Below, piece by piece: positions 24,140-32,000 of a stretch of DNA of 32,000 bases. Each line of letters starts with the position of its first letter. Position 1 is the first letter of the stretch. The notes beneath the pieces were generated by a model. That model was not told where the DNA came from, did not search any database, and worked only from the letters and a program-made list of their open reading frames with translations. Source of the stretch: an uncultured Opitutales bacterium (GTDB taxonomy: Bacteria > Verrucomicrobiota > Verrucomicrobiia > Opitutales > Intestinicryptomonadaceae). Made by a program: the position numbers and the translations under genes. Location of the stretch: contig CAKTSY010000004.1 of assembly GCA_934613415.1 (NCBI GenBank), positions 240,001 to 272,000 of the forward strand, read 5' to 3'.

Positions 24140-26272
24140 TTAGTAGACAAAAAGCATTTCGCAATACTTGGGCAAGGGCCACAATTCGTTGTCGACTTCG
24201 CCTTCAAGCGTATCGGCAATTTTGCGGACTTCGGCCATTGCATCGAGCAGCTTTACGGGAGCTTCGCCCTTCTTTATAAGGGCTTCAAGCTTGTCGGCAG
24301 CCAAAACCAAAGCGTTAAGCCTTGTATCGATTTTTGCAGCCAGTGCCTTTACAGCCGAATTCTTTGTGCCCAAAATCTTTTCGGCTTCAAGCGACTTGCC
24401 AAGCTTTTCTATGTAGGCAACCACTGCGGGGATTATGTGCGTGCGCGAAATCTTCAAGGTCAACCCGGCTTCTATTCCTACTTTGCGGGTATATTCTTCC
24501 AAGAATACTTCGTAGCGCGACTTTAATTCTACCGCATTGAAAACTCCGTACTTTTCGAAAAGCGCAACGTTCTTGGGGTCTACCAAGGGCTTGATTGCCT
24601 CGGGGGTTGTGCGCAAATTTGGCAACTTGCGCTTTGCGGCCTCCTTCTTCCAAGCGTCGCCGTAACCGTCGCCGTTGAAGATAATCTTCTTGTGCTTTTT
24701 GATTATGGCCGAAAGAATCTTTTGCAATTCATCGTGGAAGTTTGCGCTTTTTGGCAGATTCTCGAGCATTGTTGCAATTTCGTCGAAAGCTTCGGCAACC
24801 GCGGTATTCAAAACAATGTTCGGGCTTGCGCAGCTTTGCGAAGAGCCAGCGGCTCTAAACTCGAACTTGTTGCCCGTAAATGCAAATGGGCTTGTTCTGT
24901 TTCTGTCGGTTGCATCGCATGGCAATACGGGCAAAATGTCGGCACCGATTTTCAAAATCTTACCGTGCTTGCTCGACTTTGCGCCGCCATTTTCTATCTG
25001 CTCTACAATGTCGGCGAGCTGTTCGCCCAAGTACATCGAAATGATTGCCGGCGGAGCTTCGTTTGCGCCCAAACGGTGGTCGTTGCCCGCCCCCGCAATT
25101 GCCGAGCGCAACAAGTCGGCGTGTCTGTCTACAGCTTCTATTACCGCGCAAAGGCTTGTAAGGAATATTGCGTTTTGGTGGGGGTCGTCGCCGGGGTTAA
25201 GCAAATTGATGTCGCCAACCGAAATAGACCAGTTGTTGTGCTTGCCCGAACCGTTTACGCCATCGAAGGGCTTTTCGTGAAGCAGGCATGCAAAACCGTG
25301 TTTGTCGCCTATTCTCTTTAGCGCGTCCATAATAAGCATATTGTGGTCTACCGCCAAGTTAAGCTCTTCAAACATCGGGGCAATTTCGAACTGCGCGGGG
25401 GCAACTTCGTTGTGCCTTGTTTTTGCGGGTATGCCAAGCCTCCACAATTCGTGGTCAAGCTCGCTCATAAACGACAAAATTCTGGGTTTAATTGCGCCGA
25501 AGTAGTGGTCTTCCAATTGTTGGTGCCTTTGCGGAGGCGCGCCAAACAATGTTCTGCCGGTTTGCATTAGGTCGGGGCGTTGAACATAAAAACGCTTGTC
25601 GATTAAAAAGTATTCTTGCTCCGCACCCAAGGTTACCTTTGCGTTGGCTTCAAAATTCTTGCCAAAGCACTTTAGCAGGCGCTTTGCCTGTGCGCCCAAA
25701 ACCTGCATAGAGCGCAACAAAGGAGTTTTCTTGTCGAGAACTTCGCCCGTGTACGAGCAGAAAGCCGTGGGAATGTACAAGGTTGCAACACCGTATTCGC
25801 GCTTAATAAAGGCGGGGCTTGTCGGGTCCCAAGCGGTGTAGCCGCGGGCTTCCGCCGTAGAGCGCAAACCGCCCGAGGGGAAACTGGAAGCGTCGGGTTC
25901 GCCCATTATAAGGTTTTTGCCCGAAAATCTTGCAATGACTTCGCCGCCGCCGACAGGTTCAAGGAAAGAGTCGTGCTTTTCGGCACTGGAGCCAGTAAGG
26001 GGCATAAACCAGTGAGTGTAATGGGTAGCCCCCCTCTTAATCGCCCAGCTTTTCATTGCGTGGGCAACATCGTCGGCAATCGAAGAATCTATTGCCTTGC
26101 CAGTGTTCATAGTTTCCAACAGCTTCTTGAAAACGGGCTTGGGGAGATATTCCGACATTGCCTTAATGTTGAATACGTCGCAGCCGTAGTCTTCTATGAA
26201 GTTGTCTGCCGCCGCCGTTTCGGGAACGGCGGTGTCGGCAATATTTGCCAGTGCTATTTTTCTGCTATTCAT
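24140..26272 (-). CDS. glnN: Glutamine synthetase type III
   Basis: The 710-aa length and the N-terminus ..FNIKAMSEYLPKPVFKKLLETMNTGKAIDSSIADDVAHAMKSWAIKRGATHYTHWFMPLTGSSAEKHDSF.. are characteristic of GSIII (GlnN) as known from Bacteroides and cyanobacteria. Confidence 0.9.
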   Translation of the reverse strand: MNSRKIALANIADTAVPETAAADNFIEDYGCDVFNIKAMSEYLPKPVFKKLLETMNTGKAIDSSIADDVAHAMKSWAIKRGATHYTHWFMPLTGSSAEKHDSFLEPVGGGEVIARFSGKNLIMGEPDASSFPSGGLRSTAEARGYTAWDPTSPAFIKREYGVATLYIPTAFCSYTGEVLDKKTPLLRSMQVLGAQAKRLLKCFGKNFEANAKVTLGAEQEYFLIDKRFYVQRPDLMQTGRTLFGAPPQRHQQLEDHYFGAIKPRILSFMSELDHELWRLGIPAKTRHNEVAPAQFEIAPMFEELNLAVDHNMLIMDALKRIGDKHGFACLLHEKPFDGVNGSGKHNNWSISVGDINLLNPGDDPHQNAIFLTSLCAVIEAVDRHADLLRSAIAGAGNDHRLGANEAPPAIISMYLGEQLADIVEQIENGGAKSSKHGKILKIGADILPVLPCDATDRNRTSPFAFTGNKFEFRAAGSSQSCASPNIVLNTAVAEAFDEIATMLENLPKSANFHDELQKILSAIIKKHKKIIFNGDGYGDAWKKEAAKRKLPNLRTTPEAIKPLVDPKNVALFEKYGVFNAVELKSRYEVFLEEYTRKVGIEAGLTLKISRTHIIPAVVAYIEKLGKSLEAEKILGTKNSAVKALAAKIDTRLNALVLAADKLEALIKKGEAPVKLLDAMAEVRKIADTLEGEVDNELWPLPKYCEMLFVY

Positions 26273-26305
26273 ATTTTTGTCCTTTCAAAATTCGTCTTTT
26301 AAAAA

Positions 26306-27637
26306 CTATTCGTTAGAGAAGATTTGGAATCCGTTATAGGCCTCCATCGCGTGTTCCGAAATATCCAAGCCCTTCAATTCGTCGCTCCTGCTTACCCTTA
26401 TGCCCATTGTCTTCTTTATTGTGTAGAAGATTGCAAAGCTTATCGAAATGCTTGCCGCAGCCACTGCAACTATGCCTATTATTTGCGGGAGAAGTTCGTG
26501 GTCGGGCGAGAATAGTCCAACCGCCAAGGTTCCCCAGATGCCGCATACCAAGTGTACCGAAAGCGCGCCAACAGGGTCGTCGATTTGCAGCTTGTCGAAG
26601 GCGTATACCGCAATTACAACTATCACACCCGAGATTGCACCTATTAGGCACGAAGCTTGAATCGATACGCAGTCTGCAGCAGCCGTTATACCCACCAAGC
26701 CTGCCAAGCAACCGTTAAGAACCATAGACAAGTCGGGCTTGCCTTGCGCTACCCACGAAGTGAACATTGCAGCCATTAAACCAGCCGCGGCCGATAAAGC
26801 CGTTGTTGTGAATACGTAAGCTACCATTACGGGGTCGGCACTGAATACCGAAGCACCATTAAAGCCGAACCAACCGAACCACAGTAGGAATACACCCAAT
26901 GTTGCAAAGCCCAAGTTGCTGCCGGGAATTGCGTGGGCAGTCTTGCCAACGTACTTGCCGATTCTTGGCCCTACCAATATTGCGCCTACTAAGGCTGCCC
27001 AACCGCCAACGCTGTGTACGAATGTAGAACCCGCCAAGTCGTAGAAGCCGAGCTTTGCCAACCAGCCGCCGCCCCAGCCCCACGAGCCGATAAGCGTGTA
27101 ACCGAACGCCGCATAGAGTATTGCAAATATTATATATGCGCTAAACTTTATTCTTTCGGCAACCGCACCCGAAACAATAGTTACGGAAGTCGCCGCAAAC
27201 ATACCTTGGAATATAAAGTCCGTCCAGTAGCCATAGTTGCCGCCATTATAGGCAATCCCGCCCAGCGCGCCTTCGGGCGAAGAAACGCCAAAGCCCATAA
27301 AGCCCAACACACCGTTTATAAGCCAAGAATCTTTCGGATACATAATGCTAAAACCGATTACCACATAGGTAAGCAAACCGATTGCCACCGTGATAACGTT
27401 TTTAGAAAGAATGTTCACGCTGTTCTTTGCGCGGCACAAACCAGTTTCTACCAGTGCAAACCCGGGGTGCATTGCAAAAACCAAAATTGCACCCAAAAGT
27501 ATCCACAAGTTGTTAATTGTAAACATTTCGTTCGAAACTGCGGGCGTTGCAGCCTCGGCGTTTGCCGCCACCTCTTGCCCAAATGCCGAACACGCGCCCA
27601 TCAGCGCGCCTATATATAACAATGTCTTTAGTCTCAT
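26306..27637 (-). CDS. amtB: Ammonium transporter (Amt family)
   Basis: The 443-aa ORF has a signal-like N-terminus and 11 TM segments. Amt blocks are present: ..AMHPGFALVETGLCRAKN.., ..DLAGSTFVHSVGGWAALVGAILVGPRIGKY.. and ..GWFGFNGAS... Confidence 0.9.
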   Translation of the reverse strand: MRLKTLLYIGALMGACSAFGQEVAANAEAATPAVSNEMFTINNLWILLGAILVFAMHPGFALVETGLCRAKNSVNILSKNVITVAIGLLTYVVIGFSIMYPKDSWLINGVLGFMGFGVSSPEGALGGIAYNGGNYGYWTDFIFQGMFAATSVTIVSGAVAERIKFSAYIIFAILYAAFGYTLIGSWGWGGGWLAKLGFYDLAGSTFVHSVGGWAALVGAILVGPRIGKYVGKTAHAIPGSNLGFATLGVFLLWFGWFGFNGASVFSADPVMVAYVFTTTALSAAAGLMAAMFTSWVAQGKPDLSMVLNGCLAGLVGITAAADCVSIQASCLIGAISGVIVVIAVYAFDKLQIDDPVGALSVHLVCGIWGTLAVGLFSPDHELLPQIIGIVAVAAASISISFAIFYTIKKTMGIRVSRSDELKGLDISEHAMEAYNGFQIFSNE

Positions 27638-27659
27638 AACTGTAAATGCGTTAAAGTTT

Positions 27660-28001
27660 TTAGCCTATTGCCTCGCGACCTGTTTCGCGCGTTCTCACGC
27701 GAATACATTCCTCGACGTTCAATACAAAAATTTTGCCGTCGCCGATGTGGTCGGTTTGGGCACCTTTTATAATAGACTCTATTGTCTGGTCGAGATACTC
27801 GTCGTTAACAGCGATTTCCAAGCGTACTTTTTTAAGGAGGTTTACCTCTCTAACATTTCCGCGATAGTTTTCGCTATAACCCTTCTGCCTTCCGCAGCCG
27901 AGTGCGTTAGTAACCGATAGCCTGTATATTTCGTTCTTGAAGAGTTCCTTTTTTACCTCTCCAAGTTGTTCGGGCTTAATGTATGCTATTATTAGTTTCA
28001 T
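27660..28001 (-). CDS. glnK: P-II nitrogen regulatory protein (GlnK/GlnB family)
   Basis: The 113-aa protein MKLIIAYIKPEQLGEVKKEL...GCGRQKGYSENYRGNV...GDGKIFVLNVEECIRVRTRETG aligns along E. coli GlnB. I chose the start at the ATG at 28001. It lies 22 nt upstream of amtB. Confidence 0.9.
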   Translation of the reverse strand: MKLIIAYIKPEQLGEVKKELFKNEIYRLSVTNALGCGRQKGYSENYRGNVREVNLLKKVRLEIAVNDEYLDQTIESIIKGAQTDHIGDGKIFVLNVEECIRVRTRETGREAIG

Positions 28002-28032
28002 TTTTTTGGAATGATGAGATACTTTTTTGACA

Positions 28033-28048
28033 AGCATAAAGCGTGCCA
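28033..28048 (-). promoter_or_regulatory. Sigma-54 (-24/-12) promoter of the glnK-amtB-glnN operon
   Basis: The minus strand reads TGGCACGCTTTATGCT. This matches TGGCACG-N4-TTGCW at every specified position but one, with exact GG-N10-GC spacing. It lies 32-47 nt upstream of the glnK ATG. Confidence 0.7.
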
Positions 28049-28190
28049 GTTTTTTTACACATTTTTGCAAAAATGCGGCAAAAACCACAAACACCGCATA
28101 AACACTAAGTTCTACAAGAATGTAGGCACCTGCAAAATTGGCGCATACAAAAAAGTAGCCCTTTATACCCCATTTTTTAGCCCTTCTGCG

Positions 28191-28238
28191 CTACAAATTT
28201 GTTGCAACTACATTTTTGTGCTACTACAAATTTGTAGT
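28191..28238. promoter_or_regulatory. Two copies of CTACAAATTTGT, one inside a perfect 16-bp palindrome; candidate enhancer (UAS) for a sigma-54 activator
   Basis: CTACAAATTTGT occurs at 28191-28202 and at 28224-28235, 33 bp apart. The second copy sits inside ACTACAAATTTGTAGT (28223-28238). Both lie ~145-190 bp upstream of the -24 element. Confidence 0.45.
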
Positions 28239-28254
28239 TCAGCAAAATATACAA

Positions 28255-28283
28255 CAAAAAAGGCGGTGCATTTAAGCACCGCC
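28255..28283 (-). terminator. Rho-independent terminator after the dapF-like gene
   Basis: A perfect 8-bp stem, GGCGGTGC (28262-28269) with GCACCGCC (28276-28283), has loop ATTTAA. The plus-strand A-run at 28255-28261 gives a T-tract on the minus strand. Confidence 0.8.
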
Positions 28284-28307
28284 CGACAACAATCCAATTT
28301 ACACAAA

Positions 28308-29168
28308 TTACATATTAGGAATGTCTTGCGTTAAAACGCTATCGAACATTTCGTATACTCCCACTTTTGTAGCGGGCCCGCTCATAGTTATAGAATAGTC
28401 GGGTTTTATTGAAATTTTCAAAATTCCGCCGGGCATATGAACAGTTATGTCGCCTTCGCATAAGCCAAGTTTGTAGGCAACGCTTGCCGCCGCGCTAGAA
28501 CTTGAGCCCGAAGCCAACGTATAGCCTGCGCCCCTCTCCCAAATTTGGATGTTAATGTTGTTTTTGTCTACAACCTCTAAAAACTGCACATTTGTTCTAT
28601 TGGGAAATTTCTCCGTCATATTCTCCAAAACGGGGCCAATTTTGTGCGCAATTTCCGACGAAACCTTTTTCATAGGCACAACGCAGTGGGGGTTGCCAAC
28701 GGTTGCGCAGCAATATTTATAGGCTACGCCGTCTATTACAACCTCTTGGTTTATAACTTCGTCCTTTACGCCGTTTACGGGAATTTTGTCGGCGTCGAAG
28801 CTTACGCGCCCCATTTCAACAGTAATATAATTTCCGTTTTGTGAAACCGTGCACGAAACTACGCCACCTAAAGTATCTACCGTAAAGGGCTTGTTTTCTT
28901 CAACGCGCCCAGTGTCGAACAAATAGCGCGAAAATATCCTAAGGCCGTTGCCGCTTTTTTCGGCTTCGCTGGCATCGGGGTTTAATATGCGCAGTTTAAA
29001 GTCGGCTTTGTCGCTCTTTTCGGGGCCGAACAAAATTCCGTCGCTTCCCAAGCCGAAATTTCTGTGGCAAATTTTAACAACGTCCAAGCCCTGCGGGCAA
29101 ACGGGGCAATCTTTGGGGTCTAAAACCAGATAGTCGTTGCCCAATGCGTGGTATTTATAAAACTTCAT
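28308..29168 (-). CDS. Diaminopimelate epimerase (DapF) family protein with both catalytic Cys positions occupied by Ser
   Basis: The 286-aa protein has MKFYKYHALGNDYLVLDP, ..LNPDASEAEKSGNGLRIF.., ..VGNPHCVV.. and ..WERGAGYTLASGSSSSAA... These align block for block with E. coli DapF (..MHGLGNDF.., ..NADGSEVAQCGNGARC.., ..MGNPHCV.., ..YERGAGETQACGSGACAA..). I chose the start at the ATG at 29168, which has AGGA 9 nt upstream. Confidence 0.75.
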   Translation of the reverse strand: MKFYKYHALGNDYLVLDPKDCPVCPQGLDVVKICHRNFGLGSDGILFGPEKSDKADFKLRILNPDASEAEKSGNGLRIFSRYLFDTGRVEENKPFTVDTLGGVVSCTVSQNGNYITVEMGRVSFDADKIPVNGVKDEVINQEVVIDGVAYKYCCATVGNPHCVVPMKKVSSEIAHKIGPVLENMTEKFPNRTNVQFLEVVDKNNINIQIWERGAGYTLASGSSSSAAASVAYKLGLCEGDITVHMPGGILKISIKPDYSITMSGPATKVGVYEMFDSVLTQDIPNM

Positions 29169-29181
29169 TTTTGTATCCTTA

Positions 29182-30420
29182 TTAAAATTCGAATTTCGAC
29201 TGCGACATTCTCTTTTTGATTTCGGCAACAACCGCCTTTTCGGCATCTATGCCGTGCGCTTCAAAAGTTACCGAAAACCTTACATACGGGCCTTCGTCGT
29301 CCCACGGAACCGTGCTTATTAGATGTTGCGAAATCATCCACTGCGAAAAATCTTCGCCCGACTTAAACTCGGTTTTGCTTCCGTCTTCGTTCAAAGCGGC
29401 TTTTGGAGCTTTCATATAAAGGAAGAACCCTGCTTTCGGCTTTTTGGGGCTAAAGCCCAAGTCTTTTAACACGCCCACAAGCAAATCCATACGTCTGGAA
29501 TATTTTGCGGCAATTTGCCTTGTAATAAGCGGGTTTTCTAGCCCCTTTGCCCCAGCAAGCTGTATGCCCAAAAATTGTCCGGAATCGCAGTTGTCTTTAA
29601 CGTCGCCGTAGGCTTTTACAAGCAGGGGATTTCCGCAAACCCAGCCAATTCGCCAGCCGGTCATATTGTGGCTTTTCGACATCGAGTGCAGTTCAAGAGC
29701 CACGTCTTTGGCACCTTGAACCTGAAATATAGAAAGCGAAGGTCCTTCAAATGTCAAAGACGCGTACGCTGCATCGGAGATTATTATTATGGAGTTTTCC
29801 TTTGCAAACTTTACAAGCTTTTCGAAAAACTCAAGCGTTGCACTTGCACCCGTTGGGTTGTTAGGATAGTTTACAACCATAACTTTTGCCCTTTTCCTTA
29901 TGTCTTGGGGAATGGAATCTAAATCGGGCAAAAAGTTGTTTTCTTCGGAAAGCTTTACGTTGTATACTTCGCCGCCCAAATATTTTGCGTGCGTACCAAA
30001 AACGGGGTAGCCTGGTATTGTCATTATAACAACGTCTTTGGGGTTTATAAAGCAATAGGGCAAAATGCTCAGGGCCGCTTTAGAGCCTATAGAGTGTATA
30101 ATTTCGGTGTCGGGATCTAGCTGTACGCCGAAAACCGCCTTCATATATGAAGCGGCCGCCACTTTAAAATCTCTGCCGCCGTTGTCGGCATAGCCGCGGT
30201 TTGCGGGGTTTTTTGCCGCAGCATACAAAGCCTCTACAACTTCGGGGAAAGCCATTTCGTCGGGCTCGCCAACGCCCATATCTATAAGCTCAACATCGGG
30301 CTTGGCGGCTTTTGCCGCGCGCTTTGCCCTCTTGATTTTTTCGAACTTGTAAATTTCGTTCGTTTTGCCGTAGTTTACTCCGCCAATTCTTTCGGCGAAC
30401 ATATTCTGAAGGAATGTCAT
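29182..30420 (-). CDS. Class I/II PLP aminotransferase, probably LL-diaminopimelate aminotransferase (DapL-like)
   Basis: The 412-aa ORF has ..IDMGVGEPDEMAFPEVVEAL.., ..NYPNNPTGA.. and the PLP-lysine block HSMSKSHNMTGWRIGW. It lies directly upstream of, and probably in an operon with, the dapF-like gene. The subfamily call is by context and recollection only. Confidence 0.6.
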   Translation of the reverse strand: MTFLQNMFAERIGGVNYGKTNEIYKFEKIKRAKRAAKAAKPDVELIDMGVGEPDEMAFPEVVEALYAAAKNPANRGYADNGGRDFKVAAASYMKAVFGVQLDPDTEIIHSIGSKAALSILPYCFINPKDVVIMTIPGYPVFGTHAKYLGGEVYNVKLSEENNFLPDLDSIPQDIRKRAKVMVVNYPNNPTGASATLEFFEKLVKFAKENSIIIISDAAYASLTFEGPSLSIFQVQGAKDVALELHSMSKSHNMTGWRIGWVCGNPLLVKAYGDVKDNCDSGQFLGIQLAGAKGLENPLITRQIAAKYSRRMDLLVGVLKDLGFSPKKPKAGFFLYMKAPKAALNEDGSKTEFKSGEDFSQWMISQHLISTVPWDDEGPYVRFSVTFEAHGIDAEKAVVAEIKKRMSQSKFEF

Positions 30421-30442
30421 TTTTGTACGAGTGTTAGGTTGT

Positions 30443-31990
30443 TTATTTGTATAAAAGCGGGTCTATATTAAGCTTTTTAATTTTATATAGTATAATGCGC
30501 GGCGTAGTTTTTAGATATTTTGCCGCAGCGCTTGCATTGCCGTTATTTTTCTTTAGCGCGTTTATTATTATCTCGCGCTCGAAATTGCCTACAAGCGTTT
30601 CGTAGTCGGTATTTTCGGGCTCTGCTCCGTCGCCTGCAAAGGCGGGAACCGACGCCGTCGACAAATCGGTTTGCAAAGTCGGCGGCAGGTTGTAGCCACT
30701 TATAACGTTGTCGGAAGTATTTAAAACCGCATATTCCATACAGTTTTCAAGCTCTCTTACGTTGCCCGGCCAATAATACGAAGTCAGCATATTTATTGCC
30801 GTTGTTGAAATTCGCGAAACGCTTTTGTTGTGTATTAAATTGTATTTTTCCAAAAAGTGCTCCGCCAAAGATGTAATGTCGCACTTGCGGTTTCTTAGCG
30901 CAGGCAAATATATGGGAAATACGTTTAGGCGGTAGTACAAGTCTTCCCTGAAAGTTCCAGCCTTAATCATTTCCTCTAAATTGCGGCTTGTTGCCGCCAA
31001 TATGCGAACGTCTACCCTACGCTCTTGGCTAGAACCTACCCTAAAGAAAGTGTGCTCTTGAATGAAGCGCAAAAGTTTTAACTGCATAAACAAGGTCAAA
31101 TCGCCCACTTCGTCCAAAAACAAAGTTCCCGTATCTGCAACTTCAACCAAGCCCGCCTTGCGGTTTACAGCCCCCGTAAACGAGCCCTTTTCGTGCCCGA
31201 ACAATTCGCTTTCTATAAGGCCCTCGGGCAAAGCCGCACAGTTTATAGAAACAAAGGGTTTGTCTTTCCTAAGCGAATTTTTTTGGATTGCTCGGGCTAC
31301 AAGCTCTTTGCCCGTTCCCGATTCGCCCCTAATTAAAACCGTTGCATTCGAAGACGCCACTTTGAAAATCATCGAATACACCTTTTTCATATTCGCGCAA
31401 TTTCCCACAATTTCGGTTGGGCGCAATTTGTTTTCCAACTCCAAATGCAAACGCTTGTTTTCGCTTATCAACTTTTCGCGCTCTTCAACCTCGGCGTAGG
31501 CTGCATATACGGCGTCGGCCATAATATTGGCTATAATTTCAAGCAAGCGCAAATCGGCGTCTAAATCGGTATTTTCGTCGGTTTTGCGGTCTATGCTTAT
31601 GGTGCCAATTACGTCGTCCATATAAATAATGGGAACGCAAATAAAGGCTACGTTCGTTTCGCCCGAGCGCGCGCCCGTGCGGTTTAAAAAGCCCTTTTCT
31701 TTAGAAACATCGGCAATAACGCGGGATTTGCCCTCTAGAGCAACCATACCCGTAATGCCCTCGCCTATGCGGTAGGTACCGCGCTCGGCCTCGCGCTTGC
31801 TAAGCCCTTGCGAAGCTTCTATTACAAGCATATCGCCCTCGCGAAGGGCCACGGTGCCCCTAAGCAAACCCATTTCGGTATGCAATGTATCCAAAATCTG
31901 CGAAATCATCTCCTGCACCGACGACCTCTTTGCCACAAGGTGGCTGATTTTCTTTAATACTTCAATGCTAACGTGTTGGTGGTTGTCCAT
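30443..31990 (-). CDS. Sigma-54-dependent transcriptional activator with an N-terminal GAF domain (NifA-like architecture)
   Basis: The 515-aa ORF has a GAF-like N-terminus (..LRGTVALREGDMLVIEASQGLS..GEGITGMVALEGKSRVIADV..). Its AAA+ core has GESGTGKELVARAIQ and ELFGHEKGSFTGA (GAFTGA variant), then ..FLDEVGDL.. and ..RVDVRILAATSRNLE... A C-terminal Fis-type HTH is present (..NASAAAKYLKTTPRIILYKIKKLNI). There is no receiver domain. Confidence 0.85.
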   Translation of the reverse strand: MDNHQHVSIEVLKKISHLVAKRSSVQEMISQILDTLHTEMGLLRGTVALREGDMLVIEASQGLSKREAERGTYRIGEGITGMVALEGKSRVIADVSKEKGFLNRTGARSGETNVAFICVPIIYMDDVIGTISIDRKTDENTDLDADLRLLEIIANIMADAVYAAYAEVEEREKLISENKRLHLELENKLRPTEIVGNCANMKKVYSMIFKVASSNATVLIRGESGTGKELVARAIQKNSLRKDKPFVSINCAALPEGLIESELFGHEKGSFTGAVNRKAGLVEVADTGTLFLDEVGDLTLFMQLKLLRFIQEHTFFRVGSSQERRVDVRILAATSRNLEEMIKAGTFREDLYYRLNVFPIYLPALRNRKCDITSLAEHFLEKYNLIHNKSVSRISTTAINMLTSYYWPGNVRELENCMEYAVLNTSDNVISGYNLPPTLQTDLSTASVPAFAGDGAEPENTDYETLVGNFEREIIINALKKNNGNASAAAKYLKTTPRIILYKIKKLNIDPLLYK

Positions 31991-32000
31991 AAGCTTATGT

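Overview
The window is a chromosomal segment from a Gram-negative-type bacterium, probably an anaerobe. It is moderately AT-rich by eye and I cannot assign a phylum. I saw no CRISPR array, integrase, transposase or phage gene. About 22 protein genes and 2 tRNAs are supported, mostly on the minus strand. Left to right: a GH92-like mannosidase truncated by the window edge; a YhcH/DUF386 protein; cstA; an HdeD/DUF308 membrane protein; a 731-aa protein of unknown function with a canonical EF-hand loop and a C-terminal membrane domain; tRNA-Glu(CUC); a DUF805 membrane protein; an operon of an outer-membrane beta-barrel and O-acetylhomoserine sulfhydrylase behind a long ORF-free leader; a second GH92 (lipoprotein); a Blc-type lipocalin; a two-gene glycyl-radical enzyme (GRE) plus activase operon; tRNA-Thr(UGU); an RND pump with its adaptor; a secreted TIM-barrel sugar-phosphate isomerase/epimerase-like protein; a secreted beta-helix glycosidase-like protein; a glnK-amtB-glnN (type III glutamine synthetase) operon with a near-consensus sigma-54 promoter and upstream palindromic repeats; and a tightly packed run of a GAF-domain sigma-54 activator, a DapL-like aminotransferase and a DapF-like gene. 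The most unusual observation is that the GRE starts with a textbook twin-arginine (Tat) signal peptide while its activase has no export signal. The GRE also has a non-canonical catalytic loop and a PflA-size activase. Second, the DapF homologue carries Ser at both positions where DapF has its catalytic Cys pair. All family assignments come from reading the translations against motifs I recall. No database search was run.
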